Virus record (IMG/VR): IMGVR_UViG_3300023267_000005
Location: 1-39,868 of that record
Strand: one strand, 5' to 3'
DNA from: a virus
Lineage: Duplodnaviria > Caudoviricetes
Length of the DNA stretch: 39,868 nucleotides
In this document: piece by piece, positions 14,118-21,988 of the stretch
Layout: the number at the start of each line of letters is the position of its first letter
How positions within the stretch are numbered: position 1 is the stretch's first letter
Program-made: the position numbers and the translations under genes
Notes under the pieces: model-generated
Databases searched by the model: none
The model's input: the letters and a program-made list of their open reading frames with translations, nothing else
What the model was told of the DNA's origin: nothing

Positions 14118-16280
14118 GTGAAGTTCCAACACAAGACGGTGATCGTCATTACGGCAGGCGCGGCCACCCTAGCGCTCGGCGCGGCTGCCCGGTTCTTCGT
14201 GGTGGGCCCGCTGCTCGCTGCCCCCATCGCCGCGGTGGTGCTGCTCGTGGGTCGCGCGCTGGTGGTCAACGCGGTGCACTCCGGACATGCGTTCGGCGCC
14301 TACCCAGGTGCCAGCCAGCAGGACGCCATCGTTCGATGGCTGACCATCGCGGGCCTGTGGCGCGCGGTCCTGCTCGTGGTGCTGGCCTGGCTGCCGGAAC
14401 TCGCGCTGCTCCTGGTGCTCGTGCTGCTCGCCATGACGTGGGTCGAGTACATGCTCGTCGACCTGCTCAAGCGTGGCATCGCCACGGTGAAGGCCGCGCC
14501 GGTCGAGGACCGGGCCCTCGTCGCGGGCGAGCTCGTGCGGGCCCCCGCGACGAGGGTGCAGCAGCTCGCACAGCAGCGTTTCGGCACCGTGCTGGGCTCG
14601 GCCGGGTACCCCTACCTGCACATCACCGGCACGCAGCGGCTCGGCCCGGACCAGCAGCTCTACAAGGTCCAGGTGCCCTCACGGGTGCTCGCCGAGCAGC
14701 AGGCGGCCGAAGCTGCCATCGCCGCAGGCCTATCCCCCGGTAAGCAGCGGTTCCTCCCGTTCAGCGAGGCCTCGGCCGAGTCGATCGCCATCTCCCTGGG
14801 CGAGAAGCTCGGCCGCCCGTTCCCGCGGGACGGGGTGATCGTGCAGCAGACCCCCAACGCCGGCGAATACGACGTCATCGTGATGACCAGGAACGTGCTC
14901 GCCAGCATCCTGGTCTACGAGGACGACCTGACCAGGCCTCGTCGCGCGACCGACCCTGCCGACCTGGGCCGCTACGTCGAGGGCACCCAGTGGCTGGTGC
15001 CGCTCGGGCACGTCGAGATCATCGCCCAGTCGGGCGCCGGTAAGACGAACCTGCTGTTGCAGCTCGTGGCCCACTACAACGCGTGCGGCCACGTGCCGGA
15101 CGGGGTCCTCGACCTGACCGGGTTCGAGGACCTCGGGCCCGACGACCAGGTGGTGGTCTGGATCGGCGGCCGCCGCAAGCAGTACGAGACCTGGGGCGCC
15201 TACCTGCTCAAGTACATGAACACCCAGCACGAGATTCCCATCGACCTGCTCGTGAACGGCCAGCACGACACGGTGAACATGCTGCTCGCCGGGATGCTCG
15301 CGGTGCAGGAGCGGCAGGCCATCCCCCACGACGAGCGCGGCGCGCTCCCCCACATCGCCATCGTGATCGACGAGTACCAGGACGTCGCGGTCGACGACTC
15401 GGTGACGGTCCCCTGGCAGGGGGTCGACTGGACGGCCTCGATGCTCGACGCGGCGATCAGCCGCGGTGGCAAGTCCGCGCGCGTGCACCTGGTCCGGCTC
15501 ATGCACGATGCCGTGAAGACTGCGGCAGGCACGCGCGGCGCCCAGATCAAACGCGCGTTCAACGTGACGATCATGCTGCGCAGCAACGATCGGGCGGACG
15601 CCGGTCGGGCAACCGGCGCGTGGCGGGCCAAGGGGCCCGAACACGAGGGCGAGGCGCTCGTGACGACCAAGGGCAGCGTCGCGCGCAGGGCCAAGGCCAA
15701 GTACATGCAGGAGATCAATAAGCCGACCGCACCCCAGACCGGTGGCATCACCGTGCCCGAGGTCGGCTGGGCGCGGCGCAACATGGTGAGCAGGCTCGAC
15801 GTCCGGACCGCGAACGCCTGTGGTGACTGGTACGCGGCGCGGCACCGGTACATGACGGTCGAGTTCCGCGACTACCTGCGAGGTGTCGCCCCTGCCGCAG
15901 AGGCGTCGACGTCGACTGGCCACCCCTCGGCGACGTCGAGGGCCGACCGGGTGCGGGCCGAGGCGCGCGCCTCGATCGACGCGGCACTCGGCCGGACGTC
16001 GACCACCACGGCGGTCGCGCCCGTGGTGGTGGCGCCGGTGGCGGTGGCCGCGCCGGTGGCCAAGCGGGCCACGCTGCGAGACCGGACCCTCGCCGCGCTG
16101 CGCGAGGCCGAGGGGGCCGAGGTCGGCCTCGACCAGCTCGTGCAGCAGCTCGGCCTCGACGAGGGCGGCAAGCGGTCCTTGCAGAACCTGCTGACCGCGC
16201 TCGTGAAGTCCGAGACGATCGAGCGTCCCGAGGGCACGACCGGGGTCTACCGGCTGGCTGCCGCGCGGGTCCTCACCTGA
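14118..16280 (+). CDS. traB: TraB-like FtsK/SpoIIIE dsDNA translocase (actinomycete conjugation)
   Basis: N-terminal TM helices, Walker A AQSGAGKT, Walker B IAIVIDE, C-terminal winged helix; GTG 14118 with GAGAGGA RBS. Confidence 0.85.
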   Translation: MKFQHKTVIVITAGAATLALGAAARFFVVGPLLAAPIAAVVLLVGRALVVNAVHSGHAFGAYPGASQQDAIVRWLTIAGLWRAVLLVVLAWLPELALLLVLVLLAMTWVEYMLVDLLKRGIATVKAAPVEDRALVAGELVRAPATRVQQLAQQRFGTVLGSAGYPYLHITGTQRLGPDQQLYKVQVPSRVLAEQQAAEAAIAAGLSPGKQRFLPFSEASAESIAISLGEKLGRPFPRDGVIVQQTPNAGEYDVIVMTRNVLASILVYEDDLTRPRRATDPADLGRYVEGTQWLVPLGHVEIIAQSGAGKTNLLLQLVAHYNACGHVPDGVLDLTGFEDLGPDDQVVVWIGGRRKQYETWGAYLLKYMNTQHEIPIDLLVNGQHDTVNMLLAGMLAVQERQAIPHDERGALPHIAIVIDEYQDVAVDDSVTVPWQGVDWTASMLDAAISRGGKSARVHLVRLMHDAVKTAAGTRGAQIKRAFNVTIMLRSNDRADAGRATGAWRAKGPEHEGEALVTTKGSVARRAKAKYMQEINKPTAPQTGGITVPEVGWARRNMVSRLDVRTANACGDWYAARHRYMTVEFRDYLRGVAPAAEASTSTGHPSATSRADRVRAEARASIDAALGRTSTTTAVAPVVVAPVAVAAPVAKRATLRDRTLAALREAEGAEVGLDQLVQQLGLDEGGKRSLQNLLTALVKSETIERPEGTTGVYRLAAARVLT

Positions 16281-16368
16281 CTCACTCACTCACGCACTCA
16301 CACGGGGAGGGGCCCCATACGTGCAGGTCAAACCCCCTCCCCCTGGTGTGAGTGCGTGAGTGTGTGAG
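16281..16368. repeat. Inverted repeat of (T/G)CAC tetramers; candidate clt (cis-acting locus of transfer)
   Basis: ctcactcactcacgcactcacac (16281-16303) versus its reverse complement at 16346-16368 (1 mismatch); inner ggggagggg/cccctcccc; begins immediately after the traB stop. Confidence 0.6.
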
Positions 16369-16420
16369 CGGCCGGCCAGTCGCCTTGACCCCCCTACTTG
16401 AGCAGAGGATCGTGATCCGG

Positions 16421-16732
16421 ATGACCCCCGAAACGCTTCAGGCCCTGGTGACGCTGGCCGGCTGGGCCGTGTTCATCGCCCTGGTGGTGCGCGGCGCCAG
16501 CACGCGGCTCGGCGTGCCGTTCAGCGAGGCCGCGCAGAGGATCAGCGTGATGGTCGGCGTGCTGGCGTTCATCGGCGTCATGCACGCGCTGTCGGGCTGG
16601 CTGGCCGGGCTGCTGGTCGCCGGCGTGGCGCTGGTGCTGTACGCCACGCTGGTGGTGATCGCCCTCGTGTGGCCCACCGAGGACCAGCCCGTCGACGAGG
16701 CCGCGCCTCGGCGCGTCGGGGCACGCACCTGA
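16421..16732 (+). CDS. Three-TM small membrane protein
   Basis: Three hydrophobic helices; upstream TTGACC-N17-GATCGT would give a leaderless ATG at 16421 (alternative GTG 16412). Confidence 0.7.
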   Translation: MTPETLQALVTLAGWAVFIALVVRGASTRLGVPFSEAAQRISVMVGVLAFIGVMHALSGWLAGLLVAGVALVLYATLVVIALVWPTEDQPVDEAAPRRVGART

Positions 16733-17109
16733 GCGCGCAGCAGCTCGTCGACGACCAGGCCCTCGCCGCTCCCAGCGGTGAGGGCCTGGTCGTCAGTGAC
16801 GATCGCCGCGCGGCCCTGCTGGCGGTCAGCGTCGCGCTGGTGCGGCAGCAGGTCACCGGCCGGAACGGGCGGACGCGGCGACGTGGCGCGGTCCACGACA
16901 TCGAGCTGCGCGACTGGTTCGGCGTGCCGGTGCCGGTGCCGGCCTGCCACGTGGGCACCGGCGGCTGGGACTTCACGCGGCTGGTGCCGACCCCCGACGT
17001 GGTGACCTGCCGCCGGTGCCTGCGCGCCGGTGCTGGGCGAGCTGCTCCCCCGCCGGTCGACCTGCCACCTGGCCAGCTCGCGCTCGACCTCGACCAGCTC
17101 GGCCCCTGA
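16669..17109 (+). CDS. Small putative Zn-binding protein; true start probably near 16729
   Basis: H...C...CRRC motif; C-terminal QLALDL; ends just before the terminator. Confidence 0.6.
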   Translation: MAHRGPARRRGRASARRGTHLSAQQLVDDQALAAPSGEGLVVSDDRRAALLAVSVALVRQQVTGRNGRTRRRGAVHDIELRDWFGVPVPVPACHVGTGGWDFTRLVPTPDVVTCRRCLRAGAGRAAPPPVDLPPGQLALDLDQLGP

Positions 17110-17115
17110 ACGCGA

Positions 17116-17149
17116 ACGAGGCCCCCGCACCGAAGTGCGGGGGCCTCGT
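17116..17149. terminator. Probable bidirectional terminator between the convergent tra and recombinase operons
   Basis: Perfect 15-bp stem acgaggcccccgcac / gtgcgggggcctcgt; cUUCGg loop on the minus strand. Confidence 0.8.
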
Positions 17150-17275
17150 CGTGTTCCCCGCCGATGCGGGGTCCAGTCCCGCCAGCGCGGGAAAGGTAGT
17201 GCTGGTGCCTGCTCGGTGAAGCATCGAGGCGGGCCACCCCCGAGTGCGCGCGGGGAGACGTTCATCCTGCCACGG

Positions 17276-17500
17276 TCACCCCTTGGGCTTCCACTTCTCC
17301 TGGCGCTGGGCGCAGTCCTCGGCGGTGTGCACGGGGACCAGGTCCTCGCCCCCGAAGAGGGCCAGGCCCTCGTCGTCGACGTCGGGGATCAGCGCGGACC
17401 AGCCGCACGTCGAGCAGCCGATCGAGCTGATCATCTCGCTGCGTCCGCGGCTGCACACTCGCATGTGGTCGCGGTGCAGCTTGGGCGCGGCCGCCGTCAC
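17276..17500 (-). CDS. Small Cys/His-rich hypothetical protein
   Basis: GTGA-coupled to the recombinase stop; CSTC...H...C. Confidence 0.6.
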   Translation of the reverse strand: MTAAAPKLHRDHMRVCSRGRSEMISSIGCSTCGWSALIPDVDDEGLALFGGEDLVPVHTAEDCAQRQEKWKPKG

Positions 17501-18615
17501 AGGCCCATCCGCCCAGCCGCGTTGTGCGTCCAGAGCTCCTCGAACCGGATGTACTTCTTCACCGTGTCCGCCGAGGTCCACCGGCCCTGGATCATGATCT
17601 CGATCAGGGACGCGCCACCGAGGTGCGCGGCCGTTGCGCCACCGGCGCGCAGGCTGTGGCCGGACCACCCTGCCTTGCCCAGGCCCGCGCGAACGGCCCC
17701 CGCCTTGATGAGCCGATCGATGTCGATGCCCTCGGGGTGCAGCGTGCCGGCGCCGATCCGGTCGCCTCGCGGGGTGATCGGTCGCAGCAGGGGACCGCTG
17801 GTGGTGTCGTGGCCCTGCTCGGCGAGCAGGGCCAGCCACCGCTCGTAGTAGCCGAGCGGGTCGGTCAGCGGGTCGTTACCGCGGGGAACCGCGACCGTCG
17901 CCCCCCTGTTGCCCTTGTCGGTCTTGCTGGTCGGCAGCCACAGCGACAGCCCCCGGTCGGACCGGGTGACGTGCTCCAGTCGCATCGCGGCCAGTTCGCT
18001 GCGGCGCAGCATCCCAGCCACCCCGAGTACGAGGGCCAGGCCGTCGCGGGTCGCGCGTGCCGGACCGGGCGGGGGCGTCCTCAGGATCATGCGCAGCGAG
18101 GGCACGGTGAGCGGGGTCGCGCGCTTCACCTGCCGTGAGCCGGCGTTGGCGCGGTAGCCGACCAGGACCTTGCGGGCGAGGTGGGTTTGCGGGTCGCCCT
18201 CGTACCGGTGCTCGGTGTGCAGCCGCTTCACCGCGGCAATGCCCTGCTCAATCGTCGAGGCGCCAATGCTGGCGTTGGCCAGCTCGGTGGCCCACTGGGC
18301 CAGGGTCTCGCCGGTGGCCGGTGCGCCATCGATGCCGGACCGGCGGCCGCGGGTCCGGCACCACGGCACCCAGGCCAGCTCGGGCCACACTCCTTTGGCC
18401 AGCCGCTCGGGCTCGCCGGGTTCCGTGAGGACCTTGCCGAGCAGCAGCCGCCGGTAGGCACGCGTGGTGTTCGCCGGGATCGCCGCGGCGATCAGGTCCC
18501 ACGCGGCCTCGTCGAGCTGATCGTCGACACCTGGCTGGTGCTGCGAGGGCACGGCCAGGTGGCGGCCGCCGTCGACGACCAGCTCGCCGTCGAGCACCGG
18601 CACGAGGTCGGTCAT
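17497..18615 (-). CDS. Cre-like tyrosine site-specific recombinase (resolvase type)
   Basis: NTTRAY N-domain; catalytic R (LRRSE), K (SKTD), HSLR, GRW (Trp as in Cre) and Y (VKKYIR); ATG 18615 coupled to the upstream stop. Confidence 0.9.
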   Translation of the reverse strand: MTDLVPVLDGELVVDGGRHLAVPSQHQPGVDDQLDEAAWDLIAAAIPANTTRAYRRLLLGKVLTEPGEPERLAKGVWPELAWVPWCRTRGRRSGIDGAPATGETLAQWATELANASIGASTIEQGIAAVKRLHTEHRYEGDPQTHLARKVLVGYRANAGSRQVKRATPLTVPSLRMILRTPPPGPARATRDGLALVLGVAGMLRRSELAAMRLEHVTRSDRGLSLWLPTSKTDKGNRGATVAVPRGNDPLTDPLGYYERWLALLAEQGHDTTSGPLLRPITPRGDRIGAGTLHPEGIDIDRLIKAGAVRAGLGKAGWSGHSLRAGGATAAHLGGASLIEIMIQGRWTSADTVKKYIRFEELWTHNAAGRMGL

Positions 18616-19265
18616 GTGCGCCTCCCGAGCGGCAGGGTGGCCGAGATGGAGTAGCGGCCGGCCCTGGTCACCGTGAAGCCGCCGGCACGCGGCACCACGG
18701 TGGCGTCGACCGTGCCGAACCTGGCCTTGGTCGGCCAGGCGATCGGGCGCGGCGTGGTCCGGCCGAACCGGTAGCCGTCGACCAGGTCGACGCAGGGGAC
18801 CAGCTCGCCGTGCGCGGCCAGCTCGGCGCTGAAGTCGCGCGGCTGCTGGGCCTGGGGAGCGAGGGCCTGCCACTCGGCCCAGGCCACGTAGTCGGTGGTG
18901 TGCCTGAACTCCCGGAACGCGTCTGCCCAGTGCTGCTGAACGAGCCTGTTCGCCTCGACGATCTGCGTAGCCCTCGCCAGCACGCGCCCCATCGTCTGCC
19001 AGTGCTGGATCTCGTCGACGTACCCCCGGAACTCGTCGAGCCTTCGAGGCGGTCGACCCTGGGTGATCTGCACGTAGCCAGGCCGAGGCGTCAGTCTCGG
19101 CGAGACGGTCCGCTGAGCACGAGCGCGGGCGACCTCGGCGAGCATGTGCTGCTGCCACGGGTCGAGGCGGAAACCGAGGTCGACCAGCTCGTCGACGACG
19201 TTCCAGACCTTGCCGTCCTTGTCGATCCTGAAGTGGGCCAGCGGCTGGTCGTCCGGTCCGGGCAT
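18612..19265 (-). CDS. Hypothetical protein
   Basis: ATG 19265 overlaps the upstream stop; AAAGG RBS. Confidence 0.65.
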   Translation of the reverse strand: MPGPDDQPLAHFRIDKDGKVWNVVDELVDLGFRLDPWQQHMLAEVARARAQRTVSPRLTPRPGYVQITQGRPPRRLDEFRGYVDEIQHWQTMGRVLARATQIVEANRLVQQHWADAFREFRHTTDYVAWAEWQALAPQAQQPRDFSAELAAHGELVPCVDLVDGYRFGRTTPRPIAWPTKARFGTVDATVVPRAGGFTVTRAGRYSISATLPLGRRT

Positions 19266-19561
19266 CAGCCTGCCTTTCGCTTGAGCAGTTCGGCGTACTC
19301 GATGACCTGCTGCACACCTGCGTCGTCGAGGCCCTGCACCACGTACTGGGCAAACGCGAGGGCCTCGGCCGTGCGGTCGAACCACGCGCCCAACTGCTCG
19401 GCGACGGCCTCGCGCTGGTCGACGTCGACGACGTCCGCGAGGACCAGGCCCTCGCGGACGTCGTCGATCAGGCAGCCGCGCAAGGCCGTGCGTGGCACGG
19501 TGTTGGGCGGTGGCAGCGCGGCCAGGCGCGCGGCCAGGTCGACGCGACGGCGGCCGGTCAC
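19265..19561 (-). CDS. Hypothetical protein
   Basis: GTGA coupling at 19558-19561. Confidence 0.65.
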   Translation of the reverse strand: MTGRRRVDLAARLAALPPPNTVPRTALRGCLIDDVREGLVLADVVDVDQREAVAEQLGAWFDRTAEALAFAQYVVQGLDDAGVQQVIEYAELLKRKAG

Positions 19562-19812
19562 TCCGACCACCTGGGCTCGTACGTCGTCGGCGGGGTGACG
19601 TCGAACAGCGGGGCCTGCTCGGCGGGCCACACCTCGCGCAGCGTGTGGTGCCTGGTGACCTGGTCGACGGGGACGAGTCGGTCCTGGCCGTTAGGGCAGT
19701 CCACACGGGACATGAGGCTGCCGGGGTGCTCGTCCCACAGCGCGTTGGTTTCGTCGCGCCAGATCCGGATCACCTTCGGGTACTCGTCGCCGTCGACCAG
19801 GCCCCCGGTCAT
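19558..19812 (-). CDS. Hypothetical protein
   Basis: ATGA coupling at 19809-19812; AAGGAG RBS; QAPLF near the C-terminus. Confidence 0.65.
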   Translation of the reverse strand: MTGGLVDGDEYPKVIRIWRDETNALWDEHPGSLMSRVDCPNGQDRLVPVDQVTRHHTLREVWPAEQAPLFDVTPPTTYEPRWSE

Positions 19813-20543
19813 GCCCCTGTCTCCTTGGCTGCCTCGGCCAGGAGCCACAACGCGTAGGCCTGGCACCCGGAGTGGATCGCCTCGACGGCCTCGGCCTGCT
19901 TCGAGCGAGGCTCGACAGGACCGTCCACCAGGATGGTTCGGCGGCCGAGCTCTCGACCGTCCTCGTCGATCAGGAAGGCCAGCACCGTCTCACCGGCGGC
20001 CAGGTCGTGCTCGCCGTCGACGAGCATCAGGTCGAAGAGCGTCGAGCATGTGCCCTCGAAGTCGTCGAGGTACGGCTCGGCGACGTCGATGCGGTGCAGG
20101 AAGATCCGGCAGCCGAGATCGAGGGAAGCGCACGCGGGGGAGCAGCGGCCGCGGAGCGCGCCGTTGCCGTCGCGGCCGGCGGGGGCGAACTCGTCGAGGA
20201 CCTCGCCGCAGTCCACGCAACCCAAGCGGCGAACCGCATCCGCGAGGTCCTCGGCCGCGACATCGACGTCAGCCGCCACGCGCGCGTCGGCGGCCAGGAT
20301 GGCCAGCCGCGCCTGCTCGATGTCCGGGTGGGCGGCCGCGTTGAGCCAGTCGCCACACTCGTGGCAGCGCACAGCCACCGCCGTGGTGTTGCTGCACTGC
20401 TCGCAGGTGGTGGTCGACCGGTTCACCGCACCACGCTGTGCAGGGGCCCAGCCAGGGAACTGGCTGTCGCGCGCGTGGATCAGCTCCCACTCGCGGGCGT
20501 TGTCCTCGTCGGTGCCGGTGTAGGTCAGGCGCGTGGTCGTCAT
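19809..20543 (-). CDS. Cys-rich (CxxC) hypothetical protein
   Basis: CEQC, CHEC, CVDC, CSPAC motifs; ATGA coupling at 20540-20543. Confidence 0.7.
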   Translation of the reverse strand: MTTTRLTYTGTDEDNAREWELIHARDSQFPGWAPAQRGAVNRSTTTCEQCSNTTAVAVRCHECGDWLNAAAHPDIEQARLAILAADARVAADVDVAAEDLADAVRRLGCVDCGEVLDEFAPAGRDGNGALRGRCSPACASLDLGCRIFLHRIDVAEPYLDDFEGTCSTLFDLMLVDGEHDLAAGETVLAFLIDEDGRELGRRTILVDGPVEPRSKQAEAVEAIHSGCQAYALWLLAEAAKETGA

Positions 20544-20905
20544 GGCTGCACCACCGGAACGGCCGGGTGCTCGGCGATGGCGGCCTGGGCCAGCGCGACG
20601 AACGCGGCCGCGGGCGGTGTTGGGTCCTCGCCGGTGAGCGGGTACCACGCGACGTCACCACCCATCACCCGGTACTGGTCCCGTTCCTGTCTGATGTCGA
20701 GCGGGCGCAGGGTGAAGCTCCAGCCGACGTCGGGGACGTAGCGCCAGGCCGCTACCTCGGTGTCGGGCTCGTCTGCGAAACCGAACACCTCGACGGGGGA
20801 GGCGTCCGGCGCCGGCTCGTAGCGAAACCCCTGCGTCGAGTTGGTCTCGTTCGGATAGATGGCGTTGAGCAGGGCCAGCGCGCACCCCTCGGCGTAGGTG
20901 GTCAT
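20540..20905 (-). CDS. Hypothetical protein, paralogous to the C-terminus of the upstream gene
   Basis: ATGA coupling; C-terminus GDVAW...F..LA.A.IAEHP shared with 20902-21636. Confidence 0.7.
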   Translation of the reverse strand: MTTYAEGCALALLNAIYPNETNSTQGFRYEPAPDASPVEVFGFADEPDTEVAAWRYVPDVGWSFTLRPLDIRQERDQYRVMGGDVAWYPLTGEDPTPPAAAFVALAQAAIAEHPAVPVVQP

Positions 20906-21636
20906 GCCTGCACCGCCGGGGTGCGCGGGTGCTCGGCGATGCGCGCGAGGGCCATGTCGATGAACTGGCGCGCGGGGTTGTTGTCGAACCCCTTCCACAC
21001 CACATCGCCGCTGATCACCCGAGAGGCGGCCGCGAGGTCACGCGCGAACGTCGGCGAGGTCGTCGGCGTGAACTCGCCGGGCGCGTGCTCGGGGGAGCGG
21101 GTCACGAACGCGGTGTTCGCGAGGTAGGCGAGCGCGTCGAGGACCGGGACCTCCTCGGGGCGGGGGTCCCACACGAGCCCCGATGCGGAGTCCAGCCCCT
21201 CGGCGACGCACGCGGGGGTGGTGAAGCTACGGCGCGCGGCCTTGGCCGCGGTGACGAATCGGTCGGACAAGACGGAGCGCTCGTCCATCGAACGCTCGTC
21301 GTTGAGCGGCACAGGCTTGCTCGTGGGGTCGGGGTCCTGCTCGTTGGCATCGGCCTTCACGCGGACTACCCGGACGATCTTGAGGTTGGCGTACTGCGTC
21401 TCGCGCACGGTCGCGCCGGGGTAGGCGGCCTTCAGCGCGGCGAAAGCAGCCGGAACCGCCGTCGCGCTGACGACCATGTCGACGTCGGTCAACCACGTCG
21501 ACTGGCCGTCTGCGGTGGCGGGTCCCTCGGCCGTGTTGACCTTCACCACGGCGTCGAGGACGCCAGCAGCCGCCAGCACCGTGCGGACGGCTCTGCTGAC
21601 GGCGGCGGCAGGATTGTCGATCTTGGTCGTTTCCAC
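20902..21636 (-). CDS. Hypothetical protein, first gene of the recombinase operon
   Basis: GTG 21636 with GGAAGG RBS; the longer ATG at 21702 lies inside the inverted repeat. Confidence 0.7.
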   Translation of the reverse strand: METTKIDNPAAAVSRAVRTVLAAAGVLDAVVKVNTAEGPATADGQSTWLTDVDMVVSATAVPAAFAALKAAYPGATVRETQYANLKIVRVVRVKADANEQDPDPTSKPVPLNDERSMDERSVLSDRFVTAAKAARRSFTTPACVAEGLDSASGLVWDPRPEEVPVLDALAYLANTAFVTRSPEHAPGEFTPTTSPTFARDLAAASRVISGDVVWKGFDNNPARQFIDMALARIAEHPRTPAVQA

Positions 21637-21668
21637 GGGGGCCCTTCCGGAGGTGGTTCGAGCATCCG

Positions 21669-21708
21669 GTTTAGATGTTCGATAAGTCACGTTATCGAAC
21701 ATCTAAAC
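21669..21708. other. lox/dif-like tyrosine recombinase core site (17-bp perfect arms, 6-bp spacer)
   Basis: GTTTAGATGTTCGATAA-GTCACG-TTATCGAACATCTAAAC; asymmetric spacer; AT-rich in a GC-rich genome. Confidence 0.75.
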
Positions 21709-21738
21709 TCGCGCACCAGTTCCGAACGGGTGACACCT

Positions 21739-21963
21739 CTAGTCGGCTCCTGTCGGCTCCAGTCGGTTCGCCTCCTGGTAGGCGAGGACCGACCGGGCCC
21801 AGATCCGGACCGACCGACCGACGCGGTAGGACTCCAGTTTTCCGGCTGCTCGGAGCCGCTCGACGGTGCGCTCGGAAATGCACAGGAGGCGCGCGACTTC
21901 CGCTGTGGTGTGGCTCTGGATGTTCGCCTCGCTCGGGGTGCGAGGTCGTCCGGCCTTGGCCAT
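21739..21963 (-). CDS. Excisionase-family (HTH_17) DNA-binding protein
   Basis: TTAEVARLLCISERTVERLRAAGKLESYRVGRSVRI; GAAAGGAG RBS. Confidence 0.85.
   Translation of the reverse strand: MAKAGRPRTPSEANIQSHTTAEVARLLCISERTVERLRAAGKLESYRVGRSVRIWARSVLAYQEANRLEPTGAD
21741..21770. repeat. Three tandem 10-bp direct repeats
   Basis: agtcggctcc tgtcggctcc agtcggttcg, about 30 bp from the core site. Confidence 0.6.
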
Positions 21964-21988
21964 GAGGGGCTCCTTTCGGTCTGCACTG

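Noticed and set aside
14118-16280. Type IV coupling protein or type VII (EccC) ATPase
   Set aside because: Single ATPase domain with a C-terminal winged helix, and no relaxase, T4SS or WXG100 genes nearby; TraB/FtsK fits better.
16281-16368. CRISPR array or simple microsatellite
   Set aside because: No repeat-spacer periodicity and no cas genes; the tetramers form one inverted pair.
17497-18615. Classical prophage integrase with a tRNA attP
   Set aside because: Motifs are Cre/resolvase-like (GRW, no evident arm-binding domain); no tRNA fragment or host flanks seen. Integration is not formally excluded.
21669-21708. SOS box or terminator
   Set aside because: The GTTCGA and TCGAAC half-sites are in the wrong order and spacing for LexA; AT-rich arms with a 6-bp asymmetric spacer fit a recombination core better than a terminator.
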